Positions 32,942 through 41,829 of a DNA stretch of 44,044 nucleotides are shown here, one piece after another (within the stretch, counting starts at the first letter, position 1; each line of letters opens with the position of its first letter). This DNA is from Candidatus Woesearchaeota archaeon (GTDB lineage: Archaea > Nanobdellota > Nanobdellia > Pacearchaeales > GW2011-AR1), in NCBI GenBank assembly GCA_964617015.1, contig CAZTVG010000005.1, forward strand, positions 1-44,044, in the 5' to 3' direction. The position numbers and the translations under genes were made by a program. The notes beneath the pieces were generated by a model. It was given only the letters and a program-made list of their open reading frames with translations, had not been told where the DNA came from and made no database searches.

Positions 32942-33925
32942 CTAGCCGATTATCAAGCCGGAAGAGGTTCTGAGTGGCTCCCTAGACATAGCCAACTCAT
33001 CCTGTCTGGGAATGATCTTCCCTATATCCCTTCCCATAACCGCCAGGCGATAGCGGTTTTCAGTTGCCATTGCACGGACACCTCTCACAGCGTTTGCCAG
33101 GAATGTACCCGCCCTCGAATCAGACATATCCAAAGAGAGAAAGTACAACCCAATGTCAGCCAACACTCGCCTATACTGCTTAGGTACAACTGGCGTCTCG
33201 GACGCACTATCAGTCAAGTCGGTTGGGAGAAAGTCGTAGTCGTACTCAACGTGGATAAAGTTCCCCGCCTGGTCCGAGTCACCATAGTGACTGAACCGGA
33301 CCTTCGTCTCCGTCACCATCCCGAACGCCTCGGGAACGCCGGGGAGGATGTTTCTAAGAGGGTATAGATTCTCCAGAGAGTCGATATCCATCCCCTCTAT
33401 CTCAGATCTAGTCTGAAACACACTCATAGGGGAGACCACCCTTATAAGATCACTCGCGAGATCATACTCTAAGTTGAACAGTTTATAGTTGGCTGCTGTA
33501 TCTGTATCTCCGGTATACTTATCTCCTAAAGTTACACCAGTGTTTCCAGACGTGTGTGCTGAAACACGAAAGATGTCCTCGTGGCCATCTACCTTAAAGA
33601 ACCACTTATTTACACTCACATTGTTCTTAGCTGCGTCAGTAGGAGCAGCTGACATTGTAACCGAGGTACTATCCTCTGTGACGTTTGCAGTTCCTCCGTC
33701 AACAACAGCTTCAAGTTTCAGGGTGCCAGGTGGATCTTTTCTGAGCCACCACCACTTCTCATTGATCTCAGGATCAATCTCAGCACCTCCGGTTACAAGG
33801 GCCTGCTGAGCACGGTTTAGATACTGGAGTGCCTGGGCGTCAAAGTCGCTTGTTCCGTCAGTTGGCTCACCAGCGCGGAATAGGATATCGTCCACAAGGT
33901 CTTTTGAGTTGGTATAGTTGGCCAT
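32942..33925 (-). CDS. Head-tail adaptor protein (327 aa)
   Basis: ALQYLNRAQ, YDLASD, PEAF, YDYDFLP, VPKQYRRVL pattern of podoviral adaptors; SD AGGAGA. Confidence 0.65.
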   Translation of the reverse strand: MANYTNSKDLVDDILFRAGEPTDGTSDFDAQALQYLNRAQQALVTGGAEIDPEINEKWWWLRKDPPGTLKLEAVVDGGTANVTEDSTSVTMSAAPTDAAKNNVSVNKWFFKVDGHEDIFRVSAHTSGNTGVTLGDKYTGDTDTAANYKLFNLEYDLASDLIRVVSPMSVFQTRSEIEGMDIDSLENLYPLRNILPGVPEAFGMVTETKVRFSHYGDSDQAGNFIHVEYDYDFLPTDLTDSASETPVVPKQYRRVLADIGLYFLSLDMSDSRAGTFLANAVRGVRAMATENRYRLAVMGRDIGKIIPRQDELAMSREPLRTSSGLIIG

Positions 33926-33936
33926 TTTCTCCTACA

Positions 33937-34083
33937 CTACATAACAACCACAGGTATCTCGAAGCTTCCCTGAGTTTGAGACAGAGTTACCTTCTTGGTT
34001 ATCCCCGCTTGGACACACGGAATTTCGATTGATCCCTCCGGAGTTGCAACCGCTGTTAACTCTGATATTCTCTTACTAGCCAT
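33937..34083 (-). CDS. Small virion-type protein (48 aa, MASKRISELTAV...), not in ORF track
   Basis: KISEL...PCVQAGITKKVT resembles N-termini of phage fibre/structural proteins. Confidence 0.6.
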   Translation of the reverse strand: MASKRISELTAVATPEGSIEIPCVQAGITKKVTLSQTQGSFEIPVVVM

Positions 34084-34096
34084 AGTCTACCCCACA

Positions 34097-34234
34097 TCAG
34101 ATTCTAACTCTATTCCCATCCTCTCTGAGAAGGCGACTTCCATCCTCATTTAGAAGAGCGGGGAAGACGGTCTCAAGTTGATGTCGTAGTCTCCTTCTAC
34201 GTAGCCTAGTCGAACTTCTAGTACGGTGTCCCAT
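34097..34234 (-). CDS. Arg-rich micro-protein (45 aa) with LLxEDG repeats, not in ORF track
   Basis: MGHRTRSSTRLRRRRLRHQLETVFPALLNEDGSRLLREDGNRVRI; starts 2 nt after the upstream stop. Confidence 0.55.
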   Translation of the reverse strand: MGHRTRSSTRLRRRRLRHQLETVFPALLNEDGSRLLREDGNRVRI

Positions 34235-34236
34235 TG

Positions 34237-34623
34237 TCACGCCTTACTGACAATCATGACGGTCAGGTTCGCACCAGTGGTCACAGTGGAAGCCCGGCAT
34301 CTGATGTGTACAGGGTTTTCCCTAATTACCTTCACCAGGTCGCCTGTGACAAGCAGGTCTCCGTCTGTTGGGGTCGTCAACGTGATGTACGTCGGGGGGG
34401 TAGCATCATCTGGCCTCCCAGACGGAGGGTCATTCGATCCCTCGATTACAACCCTAGACGACACTGTTGATACGGTGGCAAATCCTCTTACGTGAACGAC
34501 CTTTTCAGGGAGTCCTGGGGCGACTAGACTATTGCTGAAACCTGTTGCTGTTACAGTCCACTGGATACGGTGGACACCCGGTGCGATCCACACACCTCCA
34601 GAAATAAAAGCAGCAGTTGCCAT
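34237..34623 (-). CDS. Thr-rich beta-sandwich virion protein (128 aa)
   Basis: VVIEGSND...YITL pattern; SD GAGGAGG; TAATG-coupled. Confidence 0.6.
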   Translation of the reverse strand: MATAAFISGGVWIAPGVHRIQWTVTATGFSNSLVAPGLPEKVVHVRGFATVSTVSSRVVIEGSNDPPSGRPDDATPPTYITLTTPTDGDLLVTGDLVKVIRENPVHIRCRASTVTTGANLTVMIVSKA

Positions 34624-35006
34624 TACCTATGTTCCTCCTCGGATCCGGCGGCAGTTTGTTTGATTAAATTTCGTTCAACCGAACTTGCGGATTTCTTTGA
34701 CTTGGGCTTACGTTCCTCAGGTAGAACCAACCCAGTGTTGGCCCTTGCCTCTTTGGGGATCTTCCTCGCCTCCTCCCAGAACCACTCTTGCACATCGTCA
34801 GGCTTGATCCTATCACCCCCATCCGAGTAAAACACACCAGCCTGGCATATCACAGGAGGCTTACCCGGCTCAAGAATAACCTTCCCATCAGGTGAGTATA
34901 CATTCCCCTTGACAATGCGCACGTAAGGGGTCTTCTTTACCAGACGAACCTCACTGGTTCCAGGAACACGCTGATAATCATGCACCTTTTCGAGATTTAA
35001 TCCCAC
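34623..35006 (-). CDS. Hypothetical head-module protein (127 aa)
   Basis: SD AGGAGA; contains repeat copy 8 near 3' end. Confidence 0.6.
   Translation of the reverse strand: MGLNLEKVHDYQRVPGTSEVRLVKKTPYVRIVKGNVYSPDGKVILEPGKPPVICQAGVFYSDGGDRIKPDDVQEWFWEEARKIPKEARANTGLVLPEERKPKSKKSASSVERNLIKQTAAGSEEEHR
34658..34680. repeat. 23-bp repeat, copy 8 (reverse orientation, inside CDS)
   Basis: GTTTGATTAAATTTCGTTCAACC followed by GAACT. Confidence 0.85.
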
Positions 35007-35655
35007 GTTGCTTCTCCTTCCTCATCTGATCCTTGCGGTGGTATCCATAGTGAACACGAGTTAACTCACTCCCGGCCATTTTAACAGTGTTTGCGTACAA
35101 CATGGTGGTTTCAGCAGGGAGACGGAACTTGATCCCCTTCTCCTGGCACATCCCGAGGAGATAGGCGACTGCCATTCCACCCTTCTCCGCGAAATTCCCA
35201 TTTGGGTACACGAAGTCAGCTCCATAAACACTGAGTCTCTCAACCTCGATGTACATGGCGTAGGCGATCATATAAGAAACAGTGTTCTGAGTGAAGATGT
35301 CGTCCTTTATATACTCCATGACCTCGTGGAGGGGATATGCCACAGCGTTTGGATAGTCGTGATAGACGGTGCTGACCATAGTGGGCTTGTTGTGCTTCCT
35401 AACCCACCTAGCGTACGTCTTATCATGCTTCTCCAACCACCTCAGATCGTCCATGAGGAAGAGTTTATCGTGCATAAACCCCCTCAGGCCTCGATTGAGG
35501 GTCCACACCTCATCAAATGGGTTCTTCATCCCAGGGGTGGACATAGATTCAGCTATAACCGCCTTACAACTAGGACCAAGAGCAACCACCGCGACGTGCT
35601 TGGGACGGGTTAATAGGGGGTCAACCCAGAGACCCTCTTTGTTGGCGGCTTCCAT
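34978..35655 (-). CDS. Putative sialyltransferase-fold glycosyltransferase (CstII GT42 / GT29 / Maf-like)
   Basis: VAVVALGPS, FDEVWTLN, NTVSYMIAYAMYIEVERLSVYGADF parallel the CstII segments VIIAGNGPS, FDVFRCN, TSGVYMCAVAIALGYKEIYLSGIDF (recalled). Confidence 0.65.
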   Translation of the reverse strand: MEAANKEGLWVDPLLTRPKHVAVVALGPSCKAVIAESMSTPGMKNPFDEVWTLNRGLRGFMHDKLFLMDDLRWLEKHDKTYARWVRKHNKPTMVSTVYHDYPNAVAYPLHEVMEYIKDDIFTQNTVSYMIAYAMYIEVERLSVYGADFVYPNGNFAEKGGMAVAYLLGMCQEKGIKFRLPAETTMLYANTVKMAGSELTRVHYGYHRKDQMRKEKQRGIKSRKGA

Positions 35656-35667
35656 GCGGGTATCCCC

Positions 35668-36153
35668 CTACCATCCGACTGCTTCAAAGTAGAAGGACAG
35701 TGTGTTGGGGAGAACTGTGACCTTCCAGGTTGTCGGGAGTTCCTTCAGTTCCGTTGCCCCACCAGGACCAGCGGTTGTGTACTGACCCATGAAACCACGG
35801 ATTGCGTGACCAGAGGGCTCGTACTTCCACAACACCTCGTTTGCATGAACCGTGTTGTTGAAGCCTTCACCTCTCATGATTATGTAGGTGAGATTGCGGT
35901 GCATACCGTAGCTGGTATCGCCCTTCGCTGTTGAGACCGCCCATGTTGGGAGGGGGATGCCACCAACAGAAGGGTATACCAAGTCTGTCCCGGCTTGGTC
36001 TAGGTCAAGACGCACATCTGTACGCCTTACTTTACCTACAACATAGCCGTACCTTCTCGGATCTGGACTAGCGTGACCAGCGCCAGTCATAGAACCAGTC
36101 ACAATAGTCGGAAGGACATTAACTGTCCAGCATGTTGCTGTTAAGTTTGCCAT
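35668..36153 (-). CDS. Thr-rich head-associated protein (161 aa)
   Basis: SD AGGAGG; second gene after the capsid. Confidence 0.6.
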   Translation of the reverse strand: MANLTATCWTVNVLPTIVTGSMTGAGHASPDPRRYGYVVGKVRRTDVRLDLDQAGTDLVYPSVGGIPLPTWAVSTAKGDTSYGMHRNLTYIIMRGEGFNNTVHANEVLWKYEPSGHAIRGFMGQYTTAGPGGATELKELPTTWKVTVLPNTLSFYFEAVGW

Positions 36154-36238
36154 GTTAGTTCCTCCTTTGACCCCTCCTGTTAGCCCTCCCCCTTTCGGGA
36201 TACCAGGGGCTACTGAACGTCAGAGAGGTAGAGTTGCG

Positions 36239-36694
36239 TTAGGTTGTTGCCTGCATAGACGTAACGTTGCTAGGATCTTCCCACCTGGGCTCAACATACA
36301 GCATAACTTTCGCCAACACACCAGCAGTTGCAGCCGTGGTACAACGGAAGTCAACAATCTGTCCAGGCTTGATCTCAATGATACGAGTCGGAGTGAAGTA
36401 TACTGACTTGTGGATCGCGCCAGCGCTAGGTAACCCGATACCGAACAGCTTCGTGGGGGTGCCGGCAACACTGATGTCTGACTCAAACGAACACTCGACA
36501 GCACCACCAGTTAGAGCGGTTGTGACAAGCGGGATGATTGCTGCACCTCTGATGATATGAGGCACCATACCTGGTCCCCATCTAGCAGCAGGCGTGGTAA
36601 CTGCCAAGTTGACCCCGTTCGCCTTTCCCGTCACTAGGACGGTCGGGTTGTAAGGGATCATTTCGACCTCATACTTAGAGTGTGTGTATGCCAC
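36239..36694 (-). CDS. Probable capsid decoration/cement protein (151 aa)
   Basis: SD AAAGGAG; immediately downstream of major capsid; beta-rich. Confidence 0.6.
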   Translation of the reverse strand: MAYTHSKYEVEMIPYNPTVLVTGKANGVNLAVTTPAARWGPGMVPHIIRGAAIIPLVTTALTGGAVECSFESDISVAGTPTKLFGIGLPSAGAIHKSVYFTPTRIIEIKPGQIVDFRCTTAATAGVLAKVMLYVEPRWEDPSNVTSMQATT

Positions 36695-36746
36695 TTGTTA
36701 GTCTCCTTTCCTCTCGGTTAGGTCACCCACCCAAGGGTGCCAGCTA

Positions 36747-37691
36747 TTAGCTGGAGGTTACGTGTACGACTCTCGCCTCGCCAGCATTACTTGTGTCCCA
36801 TATAAGGCCAAACCCGAGGATCGCATACCAAGCCACCGCGCGGCCACGTCCAAAGTCAGCGGGAATGGCTGCTCTCAGTTCAGGAGACTGAACCTCAGCC
36901 AGGGCAACAGAGTCCTCACCGAAGATGACACCCTCACCAAGAACGGAGTTTGTACCTTTTTTACCGAGAGCGTTGTTGTGGTTAGTTCCAATGAACCGAA
37001 TTCTCTCAATCCTCCCGATCTCATCATTGAACTTCGCCTGAGGATCGGTGTACTTGTGCCACTCCTCCCACGCTGGGTCGCGCTTTAGACCACGGAGGCC
37101 CAAGGTACGGAAAATCCCAACGTAGTCGTTGTTGGCGAGTCTAGGAGCTTGGAGAGTGTCCCAGAGGTAATCAGCAACCTCCTCAACATGGAAGAGGTTG
37201 AGATTCTCAGTTGCGGAGGTCGACGCAGTTCCATCTGTGTCGAATATGCCAGTTGCGATACCAGTTGGGATGTACTTGACCTGGGCTGTTTTATAGGCAG
37301 CCGCAGCCTTGGTGTCCATCACCAGTGTCATCTGGTCCTTCAAGCGCCGCTGGACTGGGTTCTCCAGATCGTGCCACGAAAGATCTTGAGCGAGACTGGT
37401 GAAGGGGACCGCCCGACCAATCTCAACCACCTTGATCGACGTGGTGTTGATTGTCAGAGTGTCCTCAGAGATACGCTGGGTTTCAGTCAGCGTTGCGCTA
37501 GTTGGTTCGGTGATTGACAGGATTCTGGTGAGAGTGACATTCTCACCCATCTTCTTCCCAAATCCCTCAACCGGCCTAACATGGTCCATGAAGACGCTAT
37601 CCTCAAGGGCAGCCCAGTAGATTTTCTGTGAGAGAGCGTGTTGTTTATAGGTGCCCGTGGGGGCGTCGAATATCCAGGTATACTGGGCCAT
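36747..37691 (-). CDS. Major capsid protein (314 aa)
   Basis: Follows scaffold; EIGRAVPFT, EIGRIERIRF, DFGRGRAVAWYAILG pattern of HK97-fold capsids; SD GAGGAA. Confidence 0.85.
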   Translation of the reverse strand: MAQYTWIFDAPTGTYKQHALSQKIYWAALEDSVFMDHVRPVEGFGKKMGENVTLTRILSITEPTSATLTETQRISEDTLTINTTSIKVVEIGRAVPFTSLAQDLSWHDLENPVQRRLKDQMTLVMDTKAAAAYKTAQVKYIPTGIATGIFDTDGTASTSATENLNLFHVEEVADYLWDTLQAPRLANNDYVGIFRTLGLRGLKRDPAWEEWHKYTDPQAKFNDEIGRIERIRFIGTNHNNALGKKGTNSVLGEGVIFGEDSVALAEVQSPELRAAIPADFGRGRAVAWYAILGFGLIWDTSNAGEARVVHVTSS

Positions 37692-37701
37692 TAGGTTCCT
37701 C

Positions 37702-38478
37702 CTACTCTGCTAGTTTGAGTGTTGATGCCTTACGCCTGACGGCTGCCCTCGCTTTTATAGTGGCGGAGAGGGATTGAGGGCCTTTGTGCTCTTCAGGTGC
37801 GGCTGGTGCGCTCAAAGCGCGAGTACCCTCAAGGCTAGTACTCCTATCACTTCCCGAGTTACCCCCTTTTGACTTATTTACCATGCGGAGAATCTCTTTG
37901 CGGGTTAGATCGGCAAGTTCATTCCCTGCCGCCGACGCCTTCATAGGACCAAGGGTTGAGAAGTTCTTGCCAGCTATGGCTCTCACCATCAGATCACTGT
38001 CTTCGAGATCAGGGTGGTCCTTGTAGAAGTCTGTCCAGAAGCCCTTCCTGCTCTCCTCAGCAGTATACATACCAGCTACCTCTCGAACGATCTCCTGTTT
38101 GATAGCAGCAACCGCCTTGGCTGGATCTGTGAAGAGAAGGGTGCCAATGTCCTCTGGTTTGTCTCCCTCAACAATAGGCGTTACGGGTTGAGGTGTTCCT
38201 GCTCTGAGTTCAGTCAGTGCGCGCTCACTTTCCACGAGCCTGTCGCTGGTTGTCTTAAACAACTCCGATACGTCACCAACTTGCTCTTTCAGAACCCTAA
38301 ACTTCTTGCCACCAATCTCTACTTCTTCTAACTCAGGTACTGCCCCAGTCTCCTGAGGTCCACCTACCATCAGCGCAGCGTCAGGGTTCACTGCCGGCTC
38401 TGGAGTTGCCTCTCCTCCACCCTCGCCAGGGGCAGGGATCGTCTCAGCAACGGCGTCTTTCATCGACCTCTTAGCCAC
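37702..38478 (-). CDS. Capsid scaffolding protein (258 aa)
   Basis: Acidic/Pro-rich N-terminus, coiled coil, basic C-terminal helix; directly upstream of capsid. Confidence 0.75.
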   Translation of the reverse strand: MAKRSMKDAVAETIPAPGEGGGEATPEPAVNPDAALMVGGPQETGAVPELEEVEIGGKKFRVLKEQVGDVSELFKTTSDRLVESERALTELRAGTPQPVTPIVEGDKPEDIGTLLFTDPAKAVAAIKQEIVREVAGMYTAEESRKGFWTDFYKDHPDLEDSDLMVRAIAGKNFSTLGPMKASAAGNELADLTRKEILRMVNKSKGGNSGSDRSTSLEGTRALSAPAAPEEHKGPQSLSATIKARAAVRRKASTLKLAE

Positions 38479-38734
38479 TGGATTTCTCCTCTTCCTCTGC
38501 CATTATTCCTAATTTCACGTCCGTCTTCATTTTACTCAGTAGATCGTGGAGACCTGCGATTTCACCAATTTTCCCACGCAACTCAAAATCTGTCAATGTA
38601 CCGGCCCGGTAAGATGAGACAAGAGAGCGGATTATTCGCTTTTCCTGATCCTCAACACGGTCTTTTATATCGGCTCGATATACCTGAGCGAACCTGGCCT
38701 TCTTTACTGCTGTTAGGCGGCGTTCTTGCTCCAT
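38471..38734 (-). CDS. Hypothetical protein (87 aa)
   Basis: Coupled to neighbours; typical small gene before scaffold. Confidence 0.6.
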   Translation of the reverse strand: MEQERRLTAVKKARFAQVYRADIKDRVEDQEKRIIRSLVSSYRAGTLTDFELRGKIGEIAGLHDLLSKMKTDVKLGIMAEEEEKSSG

Positions 38735-38988
38735 CAGTGGGGCAACCAGAGACCAGAACCCGGTCTATCCTCTGCCTCGTGGAGGCGTCTGAGAGTGAGA
38801 GCGTACACCTCCAAGATTATATCAAACGACTTTTCAAGGAAGTCAAGCCGTTTAGCGAGGTTCTCACGGGGGATACGATCTTTGTTCTTGTGGAACCAGA
38901 CGGCGGTATCGATCAGACGCTTTTCGAGCGGGAGCTTTGTGTTTTTGGAGATTTCCTCTAACTCCCTTATGAGAGTGTCAGCACTCAT
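38734..38988 (-). CDS. Hypothetical protein (84 aa)
   Basis: Coupled at both ends. Confidence 0.6.
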   Translation of the reverse strand: MSADTLIRELEEISKNTKLPLEKRLIDTAVWFHKNKDRIPRENLAKRLDFLEKSFDIILEVYALTLRRLHEAEDRPGSGLWLPH

Positions 38989-39236
38989 AGAACCTTATAT
39001 CCCCGTTCCATGTCCGCCTTACTGAAAACACCCGATCCATGCGGTTTCTCAGGGATGTCAGCCCCAGCCGCTCGAGCCTTACTCAGGGCGATCGCAACTT
39101 TCTGCTTTTCAGCAGCAGCCTCCCCCTCCTTAGCTCTCGTCTCTGCGACTATATCTGGTTCGTTATGCTTGACCTCATGGAAGGCCTGTTCAACCTTGTC
39201 ATCGTGCCCGCTCCTATGTTTCCCGTGTTTAGCCAC
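38985..39236 (-). CDS. Hypothetical protein (83 aa) with QKVAIALSKAR motif
   Basis: Abuts upstream gene; ATGA-coupled downstream. Confidence 0.6.
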   Translation of the reverse strand: MAKHGKHRSGHDDKVEQAFHEVKHNEPDIVAETRAKEGEAAAEKQKVAIALSKARAAGADIPEKPHGSGVFSKADMERGYKVL

Positions 39237-39659
39237 CTATGCTATCTCCCTACCTAGAAGGTACACACCCAAGTCAGGTTGCCACTGAGGGGATGGGAGA
39301 ATAGACGTATCCCAAGTCCTCTCCCTATCCATCGCTGGGTGTCTGTACCATGCAGCCCCGCACTCCCTACCGAAGTTGGAAGGGAGACACATTCTCCTTT
39401 CATAGCGTGTTCCAGGAGGTAGAACAGACTCCGCATCACTGACTAAGTGTCTGGACACACGGGCCATAAAGTCAGATTTTGTTTTTACATCTAGCCCTCC
39501 TAGATCACTGGTATACCAGCCAACAGCGTTACTATACTCCCCAGACACATTGAACGCCTTAACCTTCACTGAGTGGAATAGGACAGGTACAGACAGGATA
39601 GTAGCAGTTGCCACCACCCCGAAACTCAGGAAGTCACGTCTTGTCACATGTTTAGCCAT
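39237..39659 (-). CDS. Protein with twin-arginine (Tat) signal peptide (140 aa)
   Basis: MAKHVTRRDFLSFGVVATATILSVPV...VKVKA matches S/T-R-R-x-F-L plus hydrophobic h-region. Confidence 0.65.
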   Translation of the reverse strand: MAKHVTRRDFLSFGVVATATILSVPVLFHSVKVKAFNVSGEYSNAVGWYTSDLGGLDVKTKSDFMARVSRHLVSDAESVLPPGTRYERRMCLPSNFGRECGAAWYRHPAMDRERTWDTSILPSPQWQPDLGVYLLGREIA

Positions 39660-39660
39660 T

Positions 39661-41613
39661 TCAACCCACCATACCAGTCATTGGATTAGCCGCTTGGTTA
39701 ATTTCAGCAGGTAGAGCAGGCTCACCAGTCTGCTCCGCACTCGGGCCTGCGCCGCCAGTCCTACTTCCAGGTCCAGCAAGTCCAGAGAAGACCGTAGCCA
39801 TTTCCCGCATGTCCTGGCCTAGACGAGCCAGCTCCTCAGGTGATTTCTCCATACTCTCAGGGTCAATATTGAGGGACTTCATCAACCACTTGAGGGTCTT
39901 CTCAGCGCTGAACTTCTTAGCGAACACCTGCATCAGCATGGGGTTGACCATCACCGCTTGCATGAGGGCCATGTACTTCTGGAAGTCCCTAACCCTTCCG
40001 AGGGTTGAAGAGAGACCACTTACCTTAAACTGACAGCGGGTGGCGAATAGGGCAAAGCGTTCAGGGGGAGAGAGGCGAAGGAGTGCCATAGCGGCTCTTG
40101 GACCTATAGCCCCTACAACCTGTTCGCTTGAGAGATCATCTGCGTTCTGAAGAATTGTGAGCCAGGACTTCCTGATAACCTTCTTCATCAGACCGCTCTC
40201 AAGATCAGAAGCCAGAGCGTCGAGTGTGATCGCTTGGCTCTGTTGAGCCTCGACAATCTCTGTGGCGAGGACTTGCTTAGGGGGGAGTTGACCCAGACTA
40301 ATCTCGTTGGCAAGCACAGCTGCGTTAAACTCCCTAACCAACATCTCAAACACAGCCATTGTGTCTGGAGGAACCTCCCCCTCAGTTACAGTCTCCAAGA
40401 CCTTCACACCCGCTGGTGTATCACTGTCTATGATGAGGGTTTCCCCTTGAGGTATACCACCTGACACCTGAGATGGTTCAATCAGTTTGTCCAACCTCAA
40501 CTGTTTCACCCCCCACACACCCGCTATCCCCCCATCGAGCATGAGGTTGAACAGTTGGTTGAGAGCGAGATTGAGGGGAGATCCGTGATCGTATAGGGCC
40601 TTGTGCCACACTGATAGGGGAACGCGCAAGAGGGGTTCTGCAATAAAAGGGCTCTCTTGGTGCCAGAACGGGTTGGGCTCAGGGGGACGGATTAGATACC
40701 TCTCATTTGCTACAGCAGCGAGGACGTTTTTGGTTACAACTCTTCCATCTGGGCCAAGAATTGTTCCCCAGAACTCATCTATGACGACACGCTTCCTGAA
40801 ACCGGGCGCGAGCGGACTATCAGGGGCGACCTCCGGCTTTTTGCGCTTTTCGTCCTCAGTTCGTGCGAAGTCGACCTCTATACTGTTGACCGCAGCAAGA
40901 TCATATATACCATCCTCTGCAGCCTCAACAACGTCGTAGAGGTCACGTTCCGAACGGTGGATCTCGTACAACCTTCTCCCAGTTGGATCAGGATAATAGT
41001 CCTCCGCAGCTATATTGTCTATCCTCAACCTCCAGGAAGATACCTCGTCCGACTTGAGTTCAGGGGTGCCCTGTGTAACTTGACCACTCTGTGCATCTAC
41101 AAGAGGTATACCAGGTTCAACAAAGAACTTCCTCTCTTTTACGTTCCTCCCGTACACCTTGAGGATGATAAGGGACTCAAGGAGCCCCATCTTAACCCCG
41201 TCGGATACAACCAAGGGGAACGATGTGCTATCTTGAGGGCCCACAGGGAGGTTGTTTAGATAACAGAGGATTAACTTTCTAATCTGTTCCGGAGTTATTA
41301 ACTGCTCAACCCCCTCCACAATCTCAACAGAGAACCAGTCTCCGAACTGGATCAGGGCGCGCTTTATGAAAGCTGAAAACTGCTCAACTGCAACGGGTGT
41401 TTTAGGGAGAAACTCCTTACTCTGCCCCTTGGTCTTCTTTGACCAGTCCTGGATACCAAGATAGGCATCCCGGTTCACCTTGTTTAGCCTGACACGCTCC
41501 TTACGCGCCTGATCCGCCTCATGGCGGTACTGGTTTATCGCATCTATAACTGTGAGATCAACCCCCTGGGCAACAGGGCGGTCATCTCCTGCTCTACGTC
41601 GTGGAGCTGCCAT
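39661..41613 (-). CDS. Portal protein (650 aa)
   Basis: Size, position between TerL and scaffold; EFWGTI, PFIAEP, ATEIVEAQQ patterns. Confidence 0.85.
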   Translation of the reverse strand: MAAPRRRAGDDRPVAQGVDLTVIDAINQYRHEADQARKERVRLNKVNRDAYLGIQDWSKKTKGQSKEFLPKTPVAVEQFSAFIKRALIQFGDWFSVEIVEGVEQLITPEQIRKLILCYLNNLPVGPQDSTSFPLVVSDGVKMGLLESLIILKVYGRNVKERKFFVEPGIPLVDAQSGQVTQGTPELKSDEVSSWRLRIDNIAAEDYYPDPTGRRLYEIHRSERDLYDVVEAAEDGIYDLAAVNSIEVDFARTEDEKRKKPEVAPDSPLAPGFRKRVVIDEFWGTILGPDGRVVTKNVLAAVANERYLIRPPEPNPFWHQESPFIAEPLLRVPLSVWHKALYDHGSPLNLALNQLFNLMLDGGIAGVWGVKQLRLDKLIEPSQVSGGIPQGETLIIDSDTPAGVKVLETVTEGEVPPDTMAVFEMLVREFNAAVLANEISLGQLPPKQVLATEIVEAQQSQAITLDALASDLESGLMKKVIRKSWLTILQNADDLSSEQVVGAIGPRAAMALLRLSPPERFALFATRCQFKVSGLSSTLGRVRDFQKYMALMQAVMVNPMLMQVFAKKFSAEKTLKWLMKSLNIDPESMEKSPEELARLGQDMREMATVFSGLAGPGSRTGGAGPSAEQTGEPALPAEINQAANPMTGMVG

Positions 41614-41755
41614 AATGGGGCTTAGGGATCTCTATAACCTGAAACTCGTTTTTGGCAAGACACCAAGGACAAACTCCAATCGCCCTGTGGCCTCCCGGTT
41701 CAAGAGGGACGCCACAGCAACGGCAGGGGATGAAGTCCTGTTCATCAGGGGGCAC
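41594..41755 (-). CDS. Small zinc-finger protein (53 aa), not in ORF track
   Basis: GTG start; PCRCCG...CPWC; overlaps the portal start. Confidence 0.4.
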   Translation of the reverse strand: MPPDEQDFIPCRCCGVPLEPGGHRAIGVCPWCLAKNEFQVIEIPKPHYGSSTT

Positions 41756-41803
41756 CTTCTGATATTATCCTGTGACTTTCCCGCTGTCCATACATTCACC
41801 TAT

Positions 41804-41826
41804 GTTTGAACGAAATTAAATCAAAC
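41804..41826. repeat. 23-bp repeat, copy 9
   Basis: GTTTGAACGAAATTAAATCAAAC, 3 nt from the TerL stop. Confidence 0.9.
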
Positions 41827-41829
41827 GAC

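Noticed and set aside
34097-34234. Suspected frameshift in the Arg-rich micro-gene
   Set aside because: Careful re-reading shows one intact 46-codon frame.
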